Source: Ophelia neglecta (lineage: Eukaryota). From it: a stretch of DNA of 64,000 bases. Under the pieces are notes generated by a model, which was not told the DNA's origin, searched no databases, and was given only the letters and a program-made list of their open reading frames with translations. A program made the position numbers and the translations under genes. Below, one piece after another: positions 25,571 to 39,919 of this stretch. Location: assembly GCA_965285935.1 (NCBI GenBank), contig OZ260666.1:51460001-51524000 (forward strand), in the 5' to 3' direction. Numbering within the stretch: position 1 is the first letter of the stretch; each line of letters begins with the position of its first letter.

Positions 25571-26293
25571 AATATAATATTGTAATGCAGTTTTCTTCAC
25601 AATTTCTCAGAATTTGAGTTTGATAGGAAGAAACATAAGTGACAGCATTCACTGGAAAAGAGAAGGCTATGGATGCCAAACTAAGTTGGAAAGATGCATA
25701 GATTATAAAGTAATTTGACCATGAAAATAACTTTGATAATCCCTAAATAAAAATTTCCACACAGCCCTTTCTTTCAATTAAATATATATTATAATTATCC
25801 CTAAACTTACTGCTAAAAATGCACTGGACAAAAATTAAAGGTCATGTCACATCTTAGATCACACAGGTTAAATACAGACATCACGATCTGGCAATATAAA
25901 TGACAAAAATGCTGTCTTTAGGGAAATAAATCTGGTACAAACATGTATCAGGTATATTCCATAAGGATACAGCAAAGCTTTGGATTGGTGAATTTGAACT
26001 GGCCATGTTTCTATTTTGACATGCACAGAATATATATGGTAAAATGATGCTCCAGAAAGAGTTGACAAGTAACAAAAATGTTTGTTCCCAGTCAGAACCA
26101 TGTATGTAATTATATTATGGGAGGTTGGCTGCTATCTTCTAGGGACTGTGTACATGTTCATTTATACATCTCCCCTTCAACAGAGGAGTTCTTAAAGTAT
26201 CCAGTTGGTTCCCAAACAGCAAAGTCTTGTCCTAGAAAAGTAATATCCTACAACAAAATCGAGTCACAAAAGTCTCAGCCATCACAGTGTGCA

Positions 26294-26434
26294 TTATTTC
26301 AAACAGCGTTCAAAATATGTTGACCCTACGTAGCCACCTCGCATTGCTTTTGTGACATTTTGTTCGAAGAGTCTTCGGTTGCTTTGTAGCACCTCTGCAG
26401 CTTCTTTGTTGAGTGGATCCTCTGGATTGGGTTC
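26294..26434 (-). CDS. UBE2M: NEDD8-conjugating enzyme Ubc12, exon 5 (last)
   Basis: Acceptor CTTATAG|; encodes [46 protein letters not shown]. Confidence 0.97.
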   Translation of the reverse strand, partial: EPNPEDPLNKEAAEVLQSNRRLFEQNVTKAMRGGYVGSTYFERCLK

Positions 26435-26939
26435 CTATAAGAGACAGTATATAAAACCACATGAATTTCAAACGTTTCTTACCAATCACATTAATTTTAA
26501 ATGCTACTTACCTACAAATACTGTACAATTTTTCTATGCACTTTATTTTCTCAAGAGTTAAAGGGATAACCATTTATAAAGAAAATAAAGTGCTAAAAAA
26601 TGTTATGCACCTTTAGCATCCAATGGTGCCCTTTAGGTATGATAAAAATTATATTCTGCCCAAGTAGAATGTATCCCTTTTTTGTGAAAATCAGTTATCT
26701 TTAAATTAAAAATAATCTTGACTTAAATCTGATGATAGTTATGGAGTATTATCAGATAAACCTTGTCCATTTAATAACCCTCCATAGAGCAATATTTTTT
26801 ACTCCTTTTCTTCAAGCTTTGGACCAAGTTATAAGAACTTACTTGTACCACCTTTGATTCTAGGTACTCTTTTTTTTATTCTAGAGCAAGGGTCTCTGTC
26901 TTAAACATGACTTATTATTTTCAAAGACCCCTTGCACTG

Positions 26940-27490
26940 CAGGTGGAGTAACAGGATCCCCCCCTTCGCCATTTAAGGGGGTACCCATGCTTGTTTACCA
27001 CTTGAAAACTGACCCCTATCCCCGGAAAGGCATTGAATTTTTCACCCTCTTACCTTAGGCTATTGCGGGGTTTTTCAGGTTTTTTACCCCCCTAACTCAG
27101 GCTTGAGGAAATATCACACCCATAAACTCAGGCTCCATGAAGCACCTAGCCCCCTTTTATAAGGGGCATCAACATAAGATAAAATATTTAAATTGTACAC
27201 ATTGAAAGTCATGGAAGGGGGAAAGGGTGTTCTCTATTATTACCCACCATTCTAAGGTAACTTTCCTACCCTATTCTAGGCACATGCTTGTTAAAATACC
27301 GCTTTTATTCAAATTCTCAGGATGCTGTTAAAAAAGACCCCTTTTTTTCAAATTCTCAGGAGAAAAACGAAAATGTAACCTTTTTTTGGGAATTCTTGGG
27401 CCTGAGATCAAAGCCATTCAAGTACCCCTTTACCGAGAAATCCTGAACGCACGTGCAGCCCCCCCCCCCACCCCCCAACCCAGGGAGAGT
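26940..27490. mobile_element. Probable non-autonomous DNA-transposon relic with repeated ACCCC motifs and a poly-C end
   Basis: Recurrent (A)CCCCT/CCC..AACTCAGG and duplicated TTCAAATTCTCAGG motifs; ends in a C-run followed by CCAGGG. Confidence 0.4.
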
Positions 27491-27519
27491 GGGGGCAGGG
27501 ACAGGACCCTGGTACTCAC

Positions 27520-27583
27520 CAAGAACAGATACTGAAGTCCGTACACTATGGAGTTTATGGTGAGAACTGGCTTCCAATCCTCC
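27520..27583 (-). CDS. UBE2M: Ubc12 exon 4
   Basis: (R)[21 protein letters not shown], 64 nt, AG acceptor and GTGAGT donor. Confidence 0.97.
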
Positions 27584-30500
27584 CTAAATACAAATATGTA
27601 CATAAGTTATAAGACACAAATTTTTAAATGCAAATAATGAGTAATTTGGTTAATTACAATCACCCAGAATCAGCAGCTAATATATTTCTAAGAAATAACA
27701 ACAGCCAAACTCCAAATAGGTTTTAGATGGTGGCTATCACTGTACATTTTAAATTAAATGGCAGGTATACATGTATAATATTATTATGATTATGTAGACA
27801 GTTTTCTTGAACATGGATACCAACATTTATACGAAGGCTAAAACATTATACATATATATGTAAAAAGAATTCAATCATCTTTAAATTGTTTTGGAATACT
27901 TTTGCAATTGTATGGAAATGATGGTTATACAATGTATATAGAAATGTTCCTACAAGGAAGGACATATTAAAATTCCCCTGCTTTTCCCAATCACAACAGG
28001 AACCCTCAGGGAGGACACCATTCCAAATCACTAACTTTTTTTTAACAGCCATTTGTAATTGATTAATATGTACAGCTATTGCAGACAACCTCAGAAGTGA
28101 TGTGGGTAAGTGGGCAGCAGTATGTATATACCCAGAGCTGAACACACTCCCCAACATTAAGCTACAAAAAACCTAACCACTTCAGCCATCTTTATCCTGG
28201 TGACTATGATTTGTAAATGGTAAAAAAAAACTGATTCAGTACCCTGCTATTTTTAGATGTACAAACTAATGAAAACCTTAAATATACATGTACATGATCT
28301 AGATACTACGAGAAATAAAATAAAGGTTACTTCTTTGCAATGGTGCAGAGTCCCCATGGTCACCAGGATTTTCAAAGTTTGGCATTTTTAAAAAAGGACT
28401 TCACATTGATTATGCTTGGAATAGAAAAACTAAAATTGTTTGAACCCACATATCTTTACCTGCCAAACAGCTTTTATTTCAATGAATAAAGTCTATACTA
28501 ATTAAATAACGAGGTCAAAAATCTTTGTTTTCATATAGAAATATCAGGCTAGGAGTCTGACCGCCTGCAATTTTGCTGTGTGATAGCTAACATCTCACAC
28601 TTGAGCAATTTTCTTATTACTCTTCAAAGAAAAGGAGCAAAAATCATTAAAAAAAATGTTGGCAAAAGTTTTGCATATGATTTATGTAGAGTGTTTATCC
28701 CACATTTAGCTTAAGTAGGCATCATTTAACATGCTAAAAGAGGGGTGGTCCCCGGTATTAACTCAGATGGGTATGCTGCTCTGCCAATCACAAGCAGCCA
28801 TGCTGAGTTTTGCTGATTTCAAAAAGGCTCTCAATTTGTAGATCTGTGTTTGGACATATGTACGGACTACGGGACTTGAGTTACATGACGCATTTAATAT
28901 TTATAGTTTTTCCTGCATGAGGTGAAGAAGCCTTGACTTACTAGTCCCAGGAGGGGGAGGGGGAGGGGGGTAGTCATGGACCCCACAGGGGTTAGATGGG
29001 ATGGGTTGCAGAGAGGGGGGTATAGTTATCTTTGGGCAGGATAGTTTTTTCCTGAGCAATTGAAACATGCTGGTAGGAGACCCAGGGCTTTAAACTAGGC
29101 GAGTGAAGCAAACGGGTCTTTCTAGTAAAATATATAAGAACTGAACATATTCCTATTTTTTGTAATTGCTATTTGTTAACACCTATTTGCATGTTTGTTC
29201 TTTGCATATCTTTCTAAAATATGGTCAATAAACAACTTGATTTATTGTTACTATTATTACTATTATTATTATTATCATGACTTATATTATTATTATTATC
29301 ATCATTGCATTTAAAATATATAAATGACTAAAATGAACTTTGAAGGTAAAATTTGAATAAAATTGAAATTTGTAAAATCAGGGACTAACCAAAGGTGTTC
29401 TACATACTAGTAAACAGATCACTGAGAGAAGTGGGCTGAGTCTTATAACATACATTTGGTTGCGTATAAAACTTTGAATTCACAAGGAAATATCTAAATA
29501 TGGATAGTCAATGTCTCTAAGGCTTAAGTTTGCAGTTCAATGGAAATGGCTAAGTAAATAATAAATAGTACTGGTAATTGGAGGGACATTGTTGGGAAAA
29601 AGAATCATGTCAAATGAACTTGTTTGAATAACAATTTTGAACAGAAATAGAATATTATGCTGATCCCAGACAAGGCTATGAAAGGTCAAAAATTTAATGA
29701 GCCAGCCCTCTGTTGAACAATACCTTCAACAAAGCTCTCAACAGAGGGCAGCATGTGAATATGTTGTACCTACTCATTCTTGGTATGCACTTGGTCAGCT
29801 GGATGTATACAAATAACACCAGTATTACGTTCCCCATTGGTGGCCATTATGACATTCACGTGTAAGCTATACATAGCTAATGATTCAGGGCATTTGATGC
29901 CCAAATTTAGAAAAGTGCAGAAATGTCCATAAATAATGCATTCTTGTCCTCCCAATAAAACAATCTGAACTACAATCAATGCATCAGCCCAATGGGCCAC
30001 AATCTTGAGTTTTTCATTGCATAATATAAATGACACAAGCTTCATCAACAAAGAATTTTACTCTGACAAGCAACACTACTTCTGAATGCCCAAGAATACT
30101 ACTCTTTGGCCATTTGCAAAACACTGATCAGCTATCAAACAATGGACTATGTACTCAAGGATTGAAATCTATATTAAATTCTTGAGGCAGGAGTTAATTT
30201 AGTAATATTTTCTTGTCCTGTGAAGCCAACAGGCATACATTTATTGAAAAATTAGTTCTCAAATATACTTTAAAGTAGAAAGTCTGTGGGTATATTCAAG
30301 ACCTCCAGTAAACTACTGGTACATGCTTTCTAAACATAGATATTCATAATGCATATCTCAGATATAAAAGACAACAAAGGGCATAAAGATCCTGCTAGCT
30401 CCACTAGCCCTTGATTTGGATGATTTTTTGGGGTTTATTAGATCTTGAAGAACCATGGTATTAAACCAGTAGTTTCCTACCCAATGCCTATCTTGCATAT

Positions 30501-30789
30501 TTAGCCAGCTGACAGTAAGGATAGCATTTCTCACGACTGACACTGTAGATGAAGTCCAGATCAATATGATGGTAACTAATCGTTTCATTGAATTTATGAT
30601 TTTCTATTAGAGGTCAATGAGTATGATATGACTGCTTTGCACCCCGATCCCCCGGAAATTCCAATAACTGTCTCTAGCTCTAAATGACTGGTTTACTTCT
30701 GAAAATATATTACACTGAATATTTCATTTAAAACGATGAGGTAAATGAATATTGCAAGGAATGTGAAAGGTCAAAAAATGAGTTTTCTG

Positions 30790-31160
30790 TGAAGAAGTTG
30801 AATGTATCATTTATGGAGGGATAGATATGGATTGGCATAACCAGTTCATCACATGTGACCATTGAAGACTCCCATGAGTTTTGAAAATATCATGATTACA
30901 CTTCGAGAATTATCACAGCCAGGAACAATTTTGAACTATACACGGCAACAGCCATCTTTTTTTTTTCAATTGATCAGAAAACCTTTTCATTTCAGATCTG
31001 CCTTTAGGCAAAATACACTCCCATGAAGTTACAAGGAAATTCTATGAACTGTTCTTGATTTATTGTAGAACAAACTTAACTGTTGTATGCCAAACACAAA
31101 ACGGACAACCTGACTACTAACATACTGTATATGTGTGAGATTCTGTGGTGAACAGATAAA
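30790..31160. repeat. Decayed HINE-like interspersed repeat
   Basis: Shares motifs with the 59-60 kb composite repeat (CCCATGAAGTT, GCCATCTT..TTTT). Confidence 0.35.
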
Positions 31161-32212
31161 AGGTTTTGGGATTGGAAATTGTCACCAGCACGATCAGAAT
31201 AAAGGAACTAAGCTGACATTGTGAACCATGACCTGCCCTGCTTGTTCAAACTGAAAGCAGTTAATTGGTTATCTAGTCCAATGTGATTGGTTGAGTTCTA
31301 GTGGCGTTAATCCTGACCTGCTCTTGAGTGTGAATTGGGATTAGGTTACTACGCTATGTTGTTTAAACTGTTAGTCAAACAACTGTAACTAGGGTGTTCT
31401 GACCTTGTCACACATATGAAATTATAGTAGTGAAAGAGTTGTATCCATCAGTAGTTGAATCTATTTTTAAGATTGGTGCCAATATGTCAACACATCCTTT
31501 TTGGTTGTACCATTTACGGTCACGCTGGGCATAACGTTTTTTGTATACACTAACAGTGAAATAACAATCATATAGTCAAGCCAGATTTATTGATTCTAGC
31601 AAGGAGATATTTGATGAGGAAAAACACCAAACATGCATCTAAATGGGGACACCAGCAAGATTGCTAAACAAAATAATTCAGCCACTTCTGCATACTGTGT
31701 CAATTTTTCATTTCAACAGAGCCTACTTCCTGCTGAGCTGATAATGGCTAGAGTGCCCCAGTGTTTAAAAGTTGCAATCATACTCTTTTCATTAATAATA
31801 GGCCAATTTCTGTATTGCCAATCATCTAAAGGACTTTTTAAAAAAGGATGCATTTACCCCTGTCAAACTCTGCAATGAATCTGTAATACTTCTTATTAAA
31901 TTGTGTTATAGGGATCAGTGAAAAGCAATTCATAACTTAAGTAGCTGTAGTAGTAAGTTCATGAAGAGTAAAAAAAAATTCCCAGTCCCCAGCACAAAAG
32001 TCAAATAAAAAAGGTGTCTGTGCACTGAGGCATTGCCTAGTTAAAACCATATTTTGTTCCCATCAATTTTTGTCACTTTGACCTTGAAAATGCAGGTCAT
32101 TCTCCAATCTAACAAAAAATTACAATCGCAGCATATCGTTTTTTGTATGCTCCCCCTAGCAATTTCAGGCCCAAGTGCCACATGAAAGAAGTTTGTATTA
32201 AAAAAAAGTGTC

Positions 32213-32218
<6 letters not shown>

Positions 32219-32246
<28 letters not shown>
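32219..32246. repeat. (TA)n microsatellite
   Basis: About 13 TA units, inside a decayed repeat bearing TTTGACCTTGA/GGTCAAGGTC motifs. Confidence 0.9.
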
Positions 32247-32925
32247 GACGCTAAATGTAGGTCAAGGTCTAATAACATAATTGAAATCACAGCATACACT
32301 TTTCTATACCCTACCCATAGTAATTTAAGGCGTAACTGCCATATGGCCATAATATAGAAATTAGAATGCATAAAATCCTACATCATTTTTTATATCTGTT
32401 GTCCTGGATACTATTCATTTTCAGATTTCACCAAAAACTAGTCATCAGCTTATGGCCAGGCATAGGCGATTCATCACTGTCAATTTCAGCAGCATACCTG
32501 TTATACTTTCGGCTGATTTGTAACATCGGGATTGGTGAAAAATATTCCCTAACTCGAGTAGTAGTCCGTAAAAATATTTTGAAAATTTCCCCAGGCCCAT
32601 GTACACCTATAACAGCCAAATGGTTTCTGTGCAAAGAGGCATTGCTTAGTTACAGCCAAAGGAAAGTGATCCAGTGGTGGATGGCAACTTTGAACCCAAT
32701 GCATGTACATGTATGCCCAAATTTTTTGTTGAGAAAAAGATGGGGGCCAAAAACATAATGTTATATTGGTCGCTTATGGTAAACTTGTGCTTCCTTCAAG
32801 CCTATATGCGATAGGGTCATGACGGTTATTTCACTTAATATTAAATAACAATACACATTACAAACTGATGTAAAACTGTTGAAATAGCCTTCATATATCA
32901 CTGGTGAACATACCATGATACATAC

Positions 32926-33068
32926 CTTAGAATATTTAGACATATATTTCCTTCTAAATCTATGTTTGGATGGTACACCATTGTTTCACATTTCACTTTG
33001 GGAGGTTCATGGGGATAGCCTTGTCCTACTTTAAAACTGAACACAAATCGGCCTCCACGGTAAAAACC
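32926..33068 (-). CDS. UBE2M: Ubc12 exon 3 (catalytic Cys)
   Basis: [47 protein letters not shown](R): HPN motif plus active-site Cys. 143 nt, donor GTATGT. Confidence 0.97.
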
Positions 33069-33482
33069 CTGTAAATGGAATATTATATATTAAAGATGAA
33101 TACTTCTTAGTTCCATTTAAATACACAGTCTGCCTGGGTGGCATTCATGCAGAACTTAATATTATATTACTTGATAGCTAAAAATAATTGACAAAAGACT
33201 GGCAATAACATTCAGTCTATGTTATGAAACAACGTTTATATCTTTACCAATCTTGCTCAGGACACCATAATATGCTTATATTTATATTGCAGAAATTCTT
33301 ATCAGTCCGAAAATTCTTAACAGCATAAACAATCAAAAAAAGATCCATATATCACAGAATAAAATGTTCAATGTAGAGAAGCAAAATATAGGAAATAAAG
33401 TACATTTAAACATAAGCTCTGAAACTATATTATGAATGACAATTGGGTAATGTGGTGAAAGATGAAATATTGCCACACTGAC

Positions 33483-33577
33483 CTCATCAGGACTGATGAT
33501 AACTTTAAAGTTGAGCAGATCGTCATGGTCTGGAAATTCCACCTGGCATGTCTTGGGCAAACTTAATTCATTTATAT
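33483..33577 (-). CDS. UBE2M: Ubc12 exon 2
   Basis: (D)[31 protein letters not shown], 95 nt, TTCAG acceptor and GTCAGT donor. Confidence 0.97.
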
Positions 33578-34168
33578 CTGAAATGCAGTGTAAATCATTA
33601 AATGCCAGTTATTAATAAACAAGTTCAATATTCTGTCTCTCCAGCCCAGGCTGCTTGCAGGTTTCACTGATCATAGTCAGACTGAAACAAATCTCAGAAT
33701 ACCAGGGAGGGATGAAAGTGGCTGGCAGCAATAAGCACTGTCCTACCTAGGGAGCAACCTTGTGTTAAAATTGTACCATCTGGGTAGCATTGTGTTTATA
33801 TTGTCCTAACAGAGTGGATAACTGCTGGCAGTTTAAAAAGAAATAAGGCAATGTCATTTATTTACCAATTTCAAATGAAATCCTGTCATAATGGGTTGTA
33901 AATTGACTTAAATTATCCATAAATAATACAAATTTACTATTTTAGGCAAATCCATCTTGCGATCAAACAACAGATTCAGTTTCAGTTAATATAATTATAG
34001 TCTTGATTTCACAAATGACACTTGTTCTTTAACATTTGAACAATACATATTCTATTGTTCCAAAATCTGATAAAGTTGCACCATTATAGACCATGCCACA
34101 ATGGGCCTTATGATATGCAGTACATGAACTATGTATGATTGTTAATTTATCATGTTTACAATTAAAAA

Positions 34169-35039
34169 TACAACATAGACTCAATTAACCAAACTTCGAT
34201 TAACCGAATTAGCATATAAAATCTAAAAAAAAAAATGATTCAATCACATTTCTTGGGAAACAAACAGTTTAAGTCAGGAGTATGTCACTGGTACTTGTAT
34301 GGTGTTAACTAATTGCAGTTCGGTTGGGCTCTGCATTCACACTTCCCGAAATTCTAGCATTCTGCATTCTAATCAAAGACCGTGTACATGTGTCCGAGAA
34401 CCGGCCTTTTTTTGATTGATGCTTATAATCGTACATCTAAGGCTCGGTGGACAACAAAGCTCACTAACATCAGTGAATAAAATGACAGTTAGAAGTGTCA
34501 GAAAGAACTTGCGATAAGCCATGCTATGATGCTTCATTTTCTAGCTTTCGGAACCGCCATGTTGATATTTCACGGATCGCATGGGCAAATCTCGAGCAAT
34601 ATTTTCACTTGTCCCGATAAACAGTTGTAAAGAGAACGAACTTTAATTGGCATAATAAAGCAAGTATTTGTATGAAGTAAGCCTGTAGGAACATTCACTG
34701 CTTCTACTACATATGCATTTCCAAGGCGTTGTCAGACGGGTACTGAAAAAATGTACACGAACTATCTCCGAAACGAGCTGATCTTGCAATTTGTATTTTT
34801 GTATGTTTGTGCCAATGAATAAATTAAATTTTACTTTATTTGTCTTGTTTTCTGATAAATTTCCAGTAATCCATAACAAACTCATCAAACACATAATCAT
34901 ATTAAATTGTACTGAACTCCACTGAACGGAATGGGGGGGAGGGTGCGAAGGAAGGGGGTGGACTCAATCAACCAAACCTCCTGTTAAACGAACAAAATTG
35001 TTGTCCCAGATGAGTTCGGTTAATTGATTCTATGCTGTA
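34169..35039. mobile_element. Non-autonomous TA-flanked DNA transposon (Tc1/mariner-pogo-like), ~870 bp, in UBE2M intron 1
   Basis: Left end TA-CAACATAGACTCAATTAACCAAACT; reverse complement of the right end TA-CAGCATAGAATCAATTAACCGAACT. No internal transposase ORF seen. Confidence 0.8.
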
Positions 35040-35859
35040 TCCCAATAACAAGCCATATCAGTTGTGGAATCTGGATATACAGCTTAAAGATAAAAAATAA
35101 TCTGAGGTTTCTAAATTCCATGCTTATTTACTGAGCAAGGACAGTTCTCTTTTATTTGCAACACATATGGTACATTCCAAATGGTGTTCATGGAAAGCAC
35201 TTTGCCTCTCCACCGGAGAGGTTGCAAATATAATAAGTTCATGCTGGAGAGATTGCAAATGGAATACGTTCAGCCTTCATTTATCGCTGGGAAATTGTCT
35301 CAGAAACAAACTGCAGAAACTCAAAATACACCTTATCTTCAGGAATAAATTTGCATTGCTACATTATTCATGAAAGATACTTTCCATATAAAAAAATCTT
35401 AAAAGCATGTCTAAAACTCAAAGATTAAATATCGGCGGTAAAAATTTCACTGATTTTCTTGATAATGGTGTGTCTCCTGGGTAAACTCTCAGGGTAGACC
35501 CACCTCTCCAGGCAAGAGAGCTCAGAGAGATTCACAGAGGCCTTCCAGTCTGTTCCATCTGTATTGGAGAGATCTCTACTGCTAATGGGATGACATTTTT
35601 CTCCATAGGAAGCCAAGAACAATTGGAATATATCCATAACAAGCATGGCTGCCTGAATCATGTCCACAGAAATGTCGGAACAATCAATTTACTTTTTGGA
35701 TAATAAAAGTCAGAAAATGGCTGCATGAAGAGCCATTCTGTGCAAAAACACTGCAATTGCCATTGAATTGTTATCTTACTATCAACTTTAGAGGTATATT
35801 CCACTAAAAGTAGCCAATGGAACCACATTTTTTTCCGTCATGGCTTAGTTTGCTTTCGA

Positions 35860-37610
35860 TGTGTCTAATTTCCTGCTCAACCTTTTACTTGTGTTTATGA
35901 TCAAAGTTCATGTCAATGGAAGGAGAAAACAGTTCAGTTAAATATTCTGTCTAGGATTCTATCTTCTCTTTTTCAGGTTGAATAATTTTATCCCCAACTT
36001 TTAAAGGTGGGGATACTATTTGTTTAGATTTACCGCCTTTGATGAGTTGCCAGAAATATTGACTGTTAGCGTGGCAGAATTGTCAACTATCTGATAAAAG
36101 CATCCATGTCAGATTTTAGTTTTCTCGTTTTATTAGTAAATAGTCTTTTTGAGTCATTGTCTACCCTATAGGCAGCTGTCGACAATCCAGGCTTCTCAAA
36201 GCTCAAATTATATGTGCTGTAGATTCCGATTGTGTTCTAGTAAGGTTTTTAAAAAGGCCCAAATTTGACCTTGGGCATCACGCTTGTGGACACCTGGTGT
36301 CGGGATGTGACAATATTGAGAAGGGGTGATACCACTTGTGTCAAACTGGTGGTTGTGACAATGCGTCCTCCTAGTAATTGTGTAGTAGGTCTCAATAGTA
36401 CAATGGAGAAGTTTCATCTAATTTCTCCCAGGTTAACCTTGCAGGTCTTCTGCACTAAAACTTTCGATAAAGAGGAATATTGTCATTGACTGGTATAGAC
36501 AGAGGATCCAAAGGGTTGAGACATTGGTTGTTGGTCACTCTACAGACAAAACAAGGTTTATCATTTCCTGGATCATAGTAACATGGTCAATCAAGGAAGC
36601 GGGGCCTCCGCTATATGGATCGAATGTATATTTTGTTTGGTGTTGTCATTAGTATGAGGTTGTGGTGACAAAGGAGGTTATTAATTATACTGCTCTTAAA
36701 TTGATCTTATTCACTGTAAATTCACATCACTGTTACAGTTCCCAATGAGTAGGACATCTTTTCTGACAGATTGGTTCATTATAAAACTGTCTAGTAAGTT
36801 ACCATTTCCCAGGTATATCTTTCAAATGAGGACAGGTATACACCAATTATTATGGTGGAGGACTCCTGCTCATGGTATAAGATCGCTGTAATACCATCGA
36901 AGCGAGTGTTGATTCTGGAAATGGAGTTCTGTAGGTGGACATGCCTCCTAAGCCCTTTCTGCATCTGTTGCCAGGATTGTTCCTAATGTCACAATCAGAA
37001 TGCTGTAGAATATCATTATTCAAACTTTCGAGGAATGATAAACTGCCTTCAAACAACCAGTTACGCTTACTACCATAATGCCAGTTTCAGATAGAAGTTT
37101 GCAGGCATTGTTTGCTATGCGCCTAATGCCCTTCTAGTTATACCCTGTACTTGATAATGCCTCCATAGTGATAAAAATGAGGGTAAAAAAGGTTGTACTC
37201 CATGATGATTGTGTGTTTTATGCATCTTTGGCCTCATAAGGATTTTGTTCGGCTTGTTTCCATCTTTCACACACAGCCACTTCCTGGCCATTTGCTCAGG
37301 GTTTGTGCCGGCATTAGTTGCCAAGGGATACGGAAGAAGGACGTCTTAGGGCTTTGTGTCTGTAGGGCGTTAAGGGTGATTCAGGGTTGGTTTTGGGTTG
37401 AGACTTGGTTTAGGTTGGGGATAAGCTTACAGTTTGGGTTAGAGTTGGTTATGTTTTATAATGTTAGAGATAATGGAATGAATTGTCTGTACTGGGGTTA
37501 TTGCCGGGGTTAACGATTGGTGTGGGTCCTTGGTAAGAGTAAGGTTGTGGGGTTGAAGAGGATGGGTTAGGGTGAAGTAGTTTTGAGGTTAGGGCAGCTA
37601 GTTTAATCAT
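35860..37610 (-). mobile_element. Degenerate LINE fragment: Pro/Asn-rich upstream region, APE-type endonuclease and linker; RT missing
   Basis: Interrupted minus-strand translation gives the APE motifs in order: LSET, RCRKGLGGMSTY, IIIGVYL, VLLIGNCNSD (GDFN-like), YTFDPYSGGPASLIDHV. These are followed by the linker FWQLIK...PPLKVGDK. Confidence 0.75.
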
Positions 37611-38065
37611 TATCATATCCCATTCCTTCAGAGTTTTGTTACCATAACCCAGGAAATGTAATTAGCCATGTAATTTAATTATTAGACTAGTGCTGATTCC
37701 AAACTTTTAAACGACAATTGACTGAGGCCCAAATCCCAAATCAGGACCTCGCCCTCACATACATTTTCTGGTTATATAGTATTTGGACCTCTTTTCTTTA
37801 CAAACTGGAAAATGTCTGGATCCTCCAATGGAATATTTAAATGTCATTTAGCCATGACTGCTTGGCAATCCACGTCTGCCTGGAAGATTTTTTCTAACTC
37901 TTGAAAGGTTAAACAGTCTCAACAACAACTAAATGATAGGCCTGTTTAAGAGATATCTTAAATTACAAGTAATTCCATATACTGCGTCGTGAACTATTTT
38001 TATAGTGATCATCGTGACAAAAATGCAACTTTTATTTTGAATAAATGGATCGTTCAATATTATAC

Positions 38066-38177
38066 CTTTAGTGATCCTAAGCTGGGCAGCTGAAGACTTC
38101 TTTTGTCCCATTCCAGTTTTTCCATTCGGATCAGTACCATCTTTTTTCTGCTGTTTTAGTGAAAATAACTTGATCAT
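38066..38177 (-). CDS. UBE2M: Ubc12 exon 1 (gene 38177-26294, 5 exons, 184 aa)
   Basis: MIKLFSLKQQKKDGTDPNGKTGMGQKKSSAAQLRITK, the diagnostic Ubc12 N-terminal extension. Donor AAAG|GTATAA. Exon lengths 112+95+143+64+141=555 nt stay in frame. Confidence 0.97.
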
Positions 38178-38599
38178 GGTGAAAGGCAACTATTTGAGAC
38201 CTAAATTTACCAGTGTGCAGATTCTTTACTTTGACAGGACCACAGGAACTGCTCCTTTCTATAATACTAAGTTATTTTCAGTTTCGAATAAAATATACGT
38301 CTTGTAAACTCTATAATATTGACTATGGATATTTTTTTTAATTAAATTATTCACATTGTTTCGAGAAGACCAATCCAGATGTAAGTTTTTAACGGTTTAA
38401 ACTTATTTAATTCGAAACTGCGATTGCTGGTAACACGCTTACTTAGCAAGGGGTAGCTCAGGACACATACACAGTGTCATGGTACTAGCCTGGTGACCAG
38501 GTTATCAATCTTTGAACAACGTGGACTGGTGGAAGGGGCCTGTAACTACTGGTTACGGGATCGATTTTCTTAAATTCCTTTAAAGGTAAGCCAGATGGA

Positions 38600-38770
38600 C
38601 TGTCTTTAATATCGTGTATAAGCGCCCGTCGTAAGTGACGTGAAGAAGGAATGTAATTGCACACTTTCACCATGTTTACTTCCCAGTACATGTTGTAGTT
38701 TCAAGGCTGCATATCCCTGCTTGTTTACCACGCTGTACTTTACTGTAGGTGCGTATTGCCATTTGAACAT
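38600..38770 (-). promoter_or_regulatory. Candidate UBE2M promoter
   Basis: CpG-enriched patch with CRE-like GTGACGTGA (~38635), ACTACAA/TTCCCAG ZNF143-like elements (~38680-38700) and YY1-like GCCATTTG (~38758). Confidence 0.4.
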
Positions 38771-38885
38771 ATTATCACTACCTTACAATTTATATAGATA
38801 TACACATTTTTGAAAAAAAAAAAAAATTAATGCACCACTGCATCCCAAATAAAAGCCAACAGCAGCCCTAATGAGATTAGTTGTG

Positions 38886-39330
38886 CGGTGTCCAGTCAAC
38901 TCGCATGGGTGCTAACTCGAGTGGGCCACAACTCGGGCAGGTGCCAACTCGCATGAGAACTTTTCACAGTTATGGTGTAATATGCATGGTTTCTTTTCAC
39001 ATTTCATAAATATATAATGTAGAATTAGTAACTTATGAATACATCTTGCCATGTATCTGGTGTTAAAAGAACCGCAAGTTAGTTTTTGCTCCCTCCACGA
39101 ACAAACGAACGTTGACCGCTTTTCCTATACTGTGAATAATGATCATCCATAATGGCGGATGGGAGGTCGTGCGAAAGGAATTCATAGGCCATATCGAGTT
39201 TATATTACAAATATATTAATATATGTCTTTTCAACATATTACAGATACTAGCAAAATAAAACAAGCTCAGGCGACTGCACTGCATAGAGTCCTTCGAGTT
39301 GGGACCCGCGCAAGTTGACCCGGGATCAGG
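38886..39330. mobile_element. Non-autonomous DNA element with imperfect TIRs made of AACTCG subrepeats
   Basis: Left GTCAACTCGCATGGGTGCTAACTCGAG...(AACTCG x4); reverse complement of the right end GTCAACTTGCGCGGGTCCCAACTCGAA. Confidence 0.65.
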
Positions 39331-39919
39331 ATCAGTTGTATTCCTCCCTCCCCCCATCAGTAAAATAAACCTTTACAGTATGCTATGCAAATTATCCTTT
39401 TCAACAAACCAATCAAGTATTTAAATAGACAAGCATACTGTCTTGTGACTTTTATCATATTCATAATGGTTTTAAAGAGGCATAAAGACATCCAAGTATT
39501 CTTATAGCCTGAATCTCCTGCAATCAGTTGCTCACTGCACACACCACTACCACTTATATAAGGGCTAGTTACTTCTGGGGAGGATATAACTGGGTTAGTT
39601 CTTTTCTAAGCCTGCACTGCCTGCTTCCCCTGTAAAATAAATATATACTATTATTTATGGAGGGAGTGTAGGATTTGCATAAGAATCAATGAAAGGAGCA
39701 CCTGTTTTGGCAAGTTTCTGAGTGTTAATTAGAGGTTGCATTAAAGTTACAATTAAACACTCCCCTGAACAAATCACGGGGGGGGGGGGGTGTGCATTTT
39801 CTGTGCCACTGCTCCTGTTGGATGGGTTTGAGTCCTGCCAAACTCTATGGAAGTTTAATGTTACTTGAAATTTTGTAATCGTTTCTCAGTTTCAACACTT
39901 ACCATATATGGTCAAATTG

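Noticed and set aside
37330-37600. Scattered TTAGGG-like motifs suggesting interstitial telomere sequence
   Set aside because: Not tandem; better explained as the antisense of a Pro/Asn/Thr-rich region of the LINE relic.
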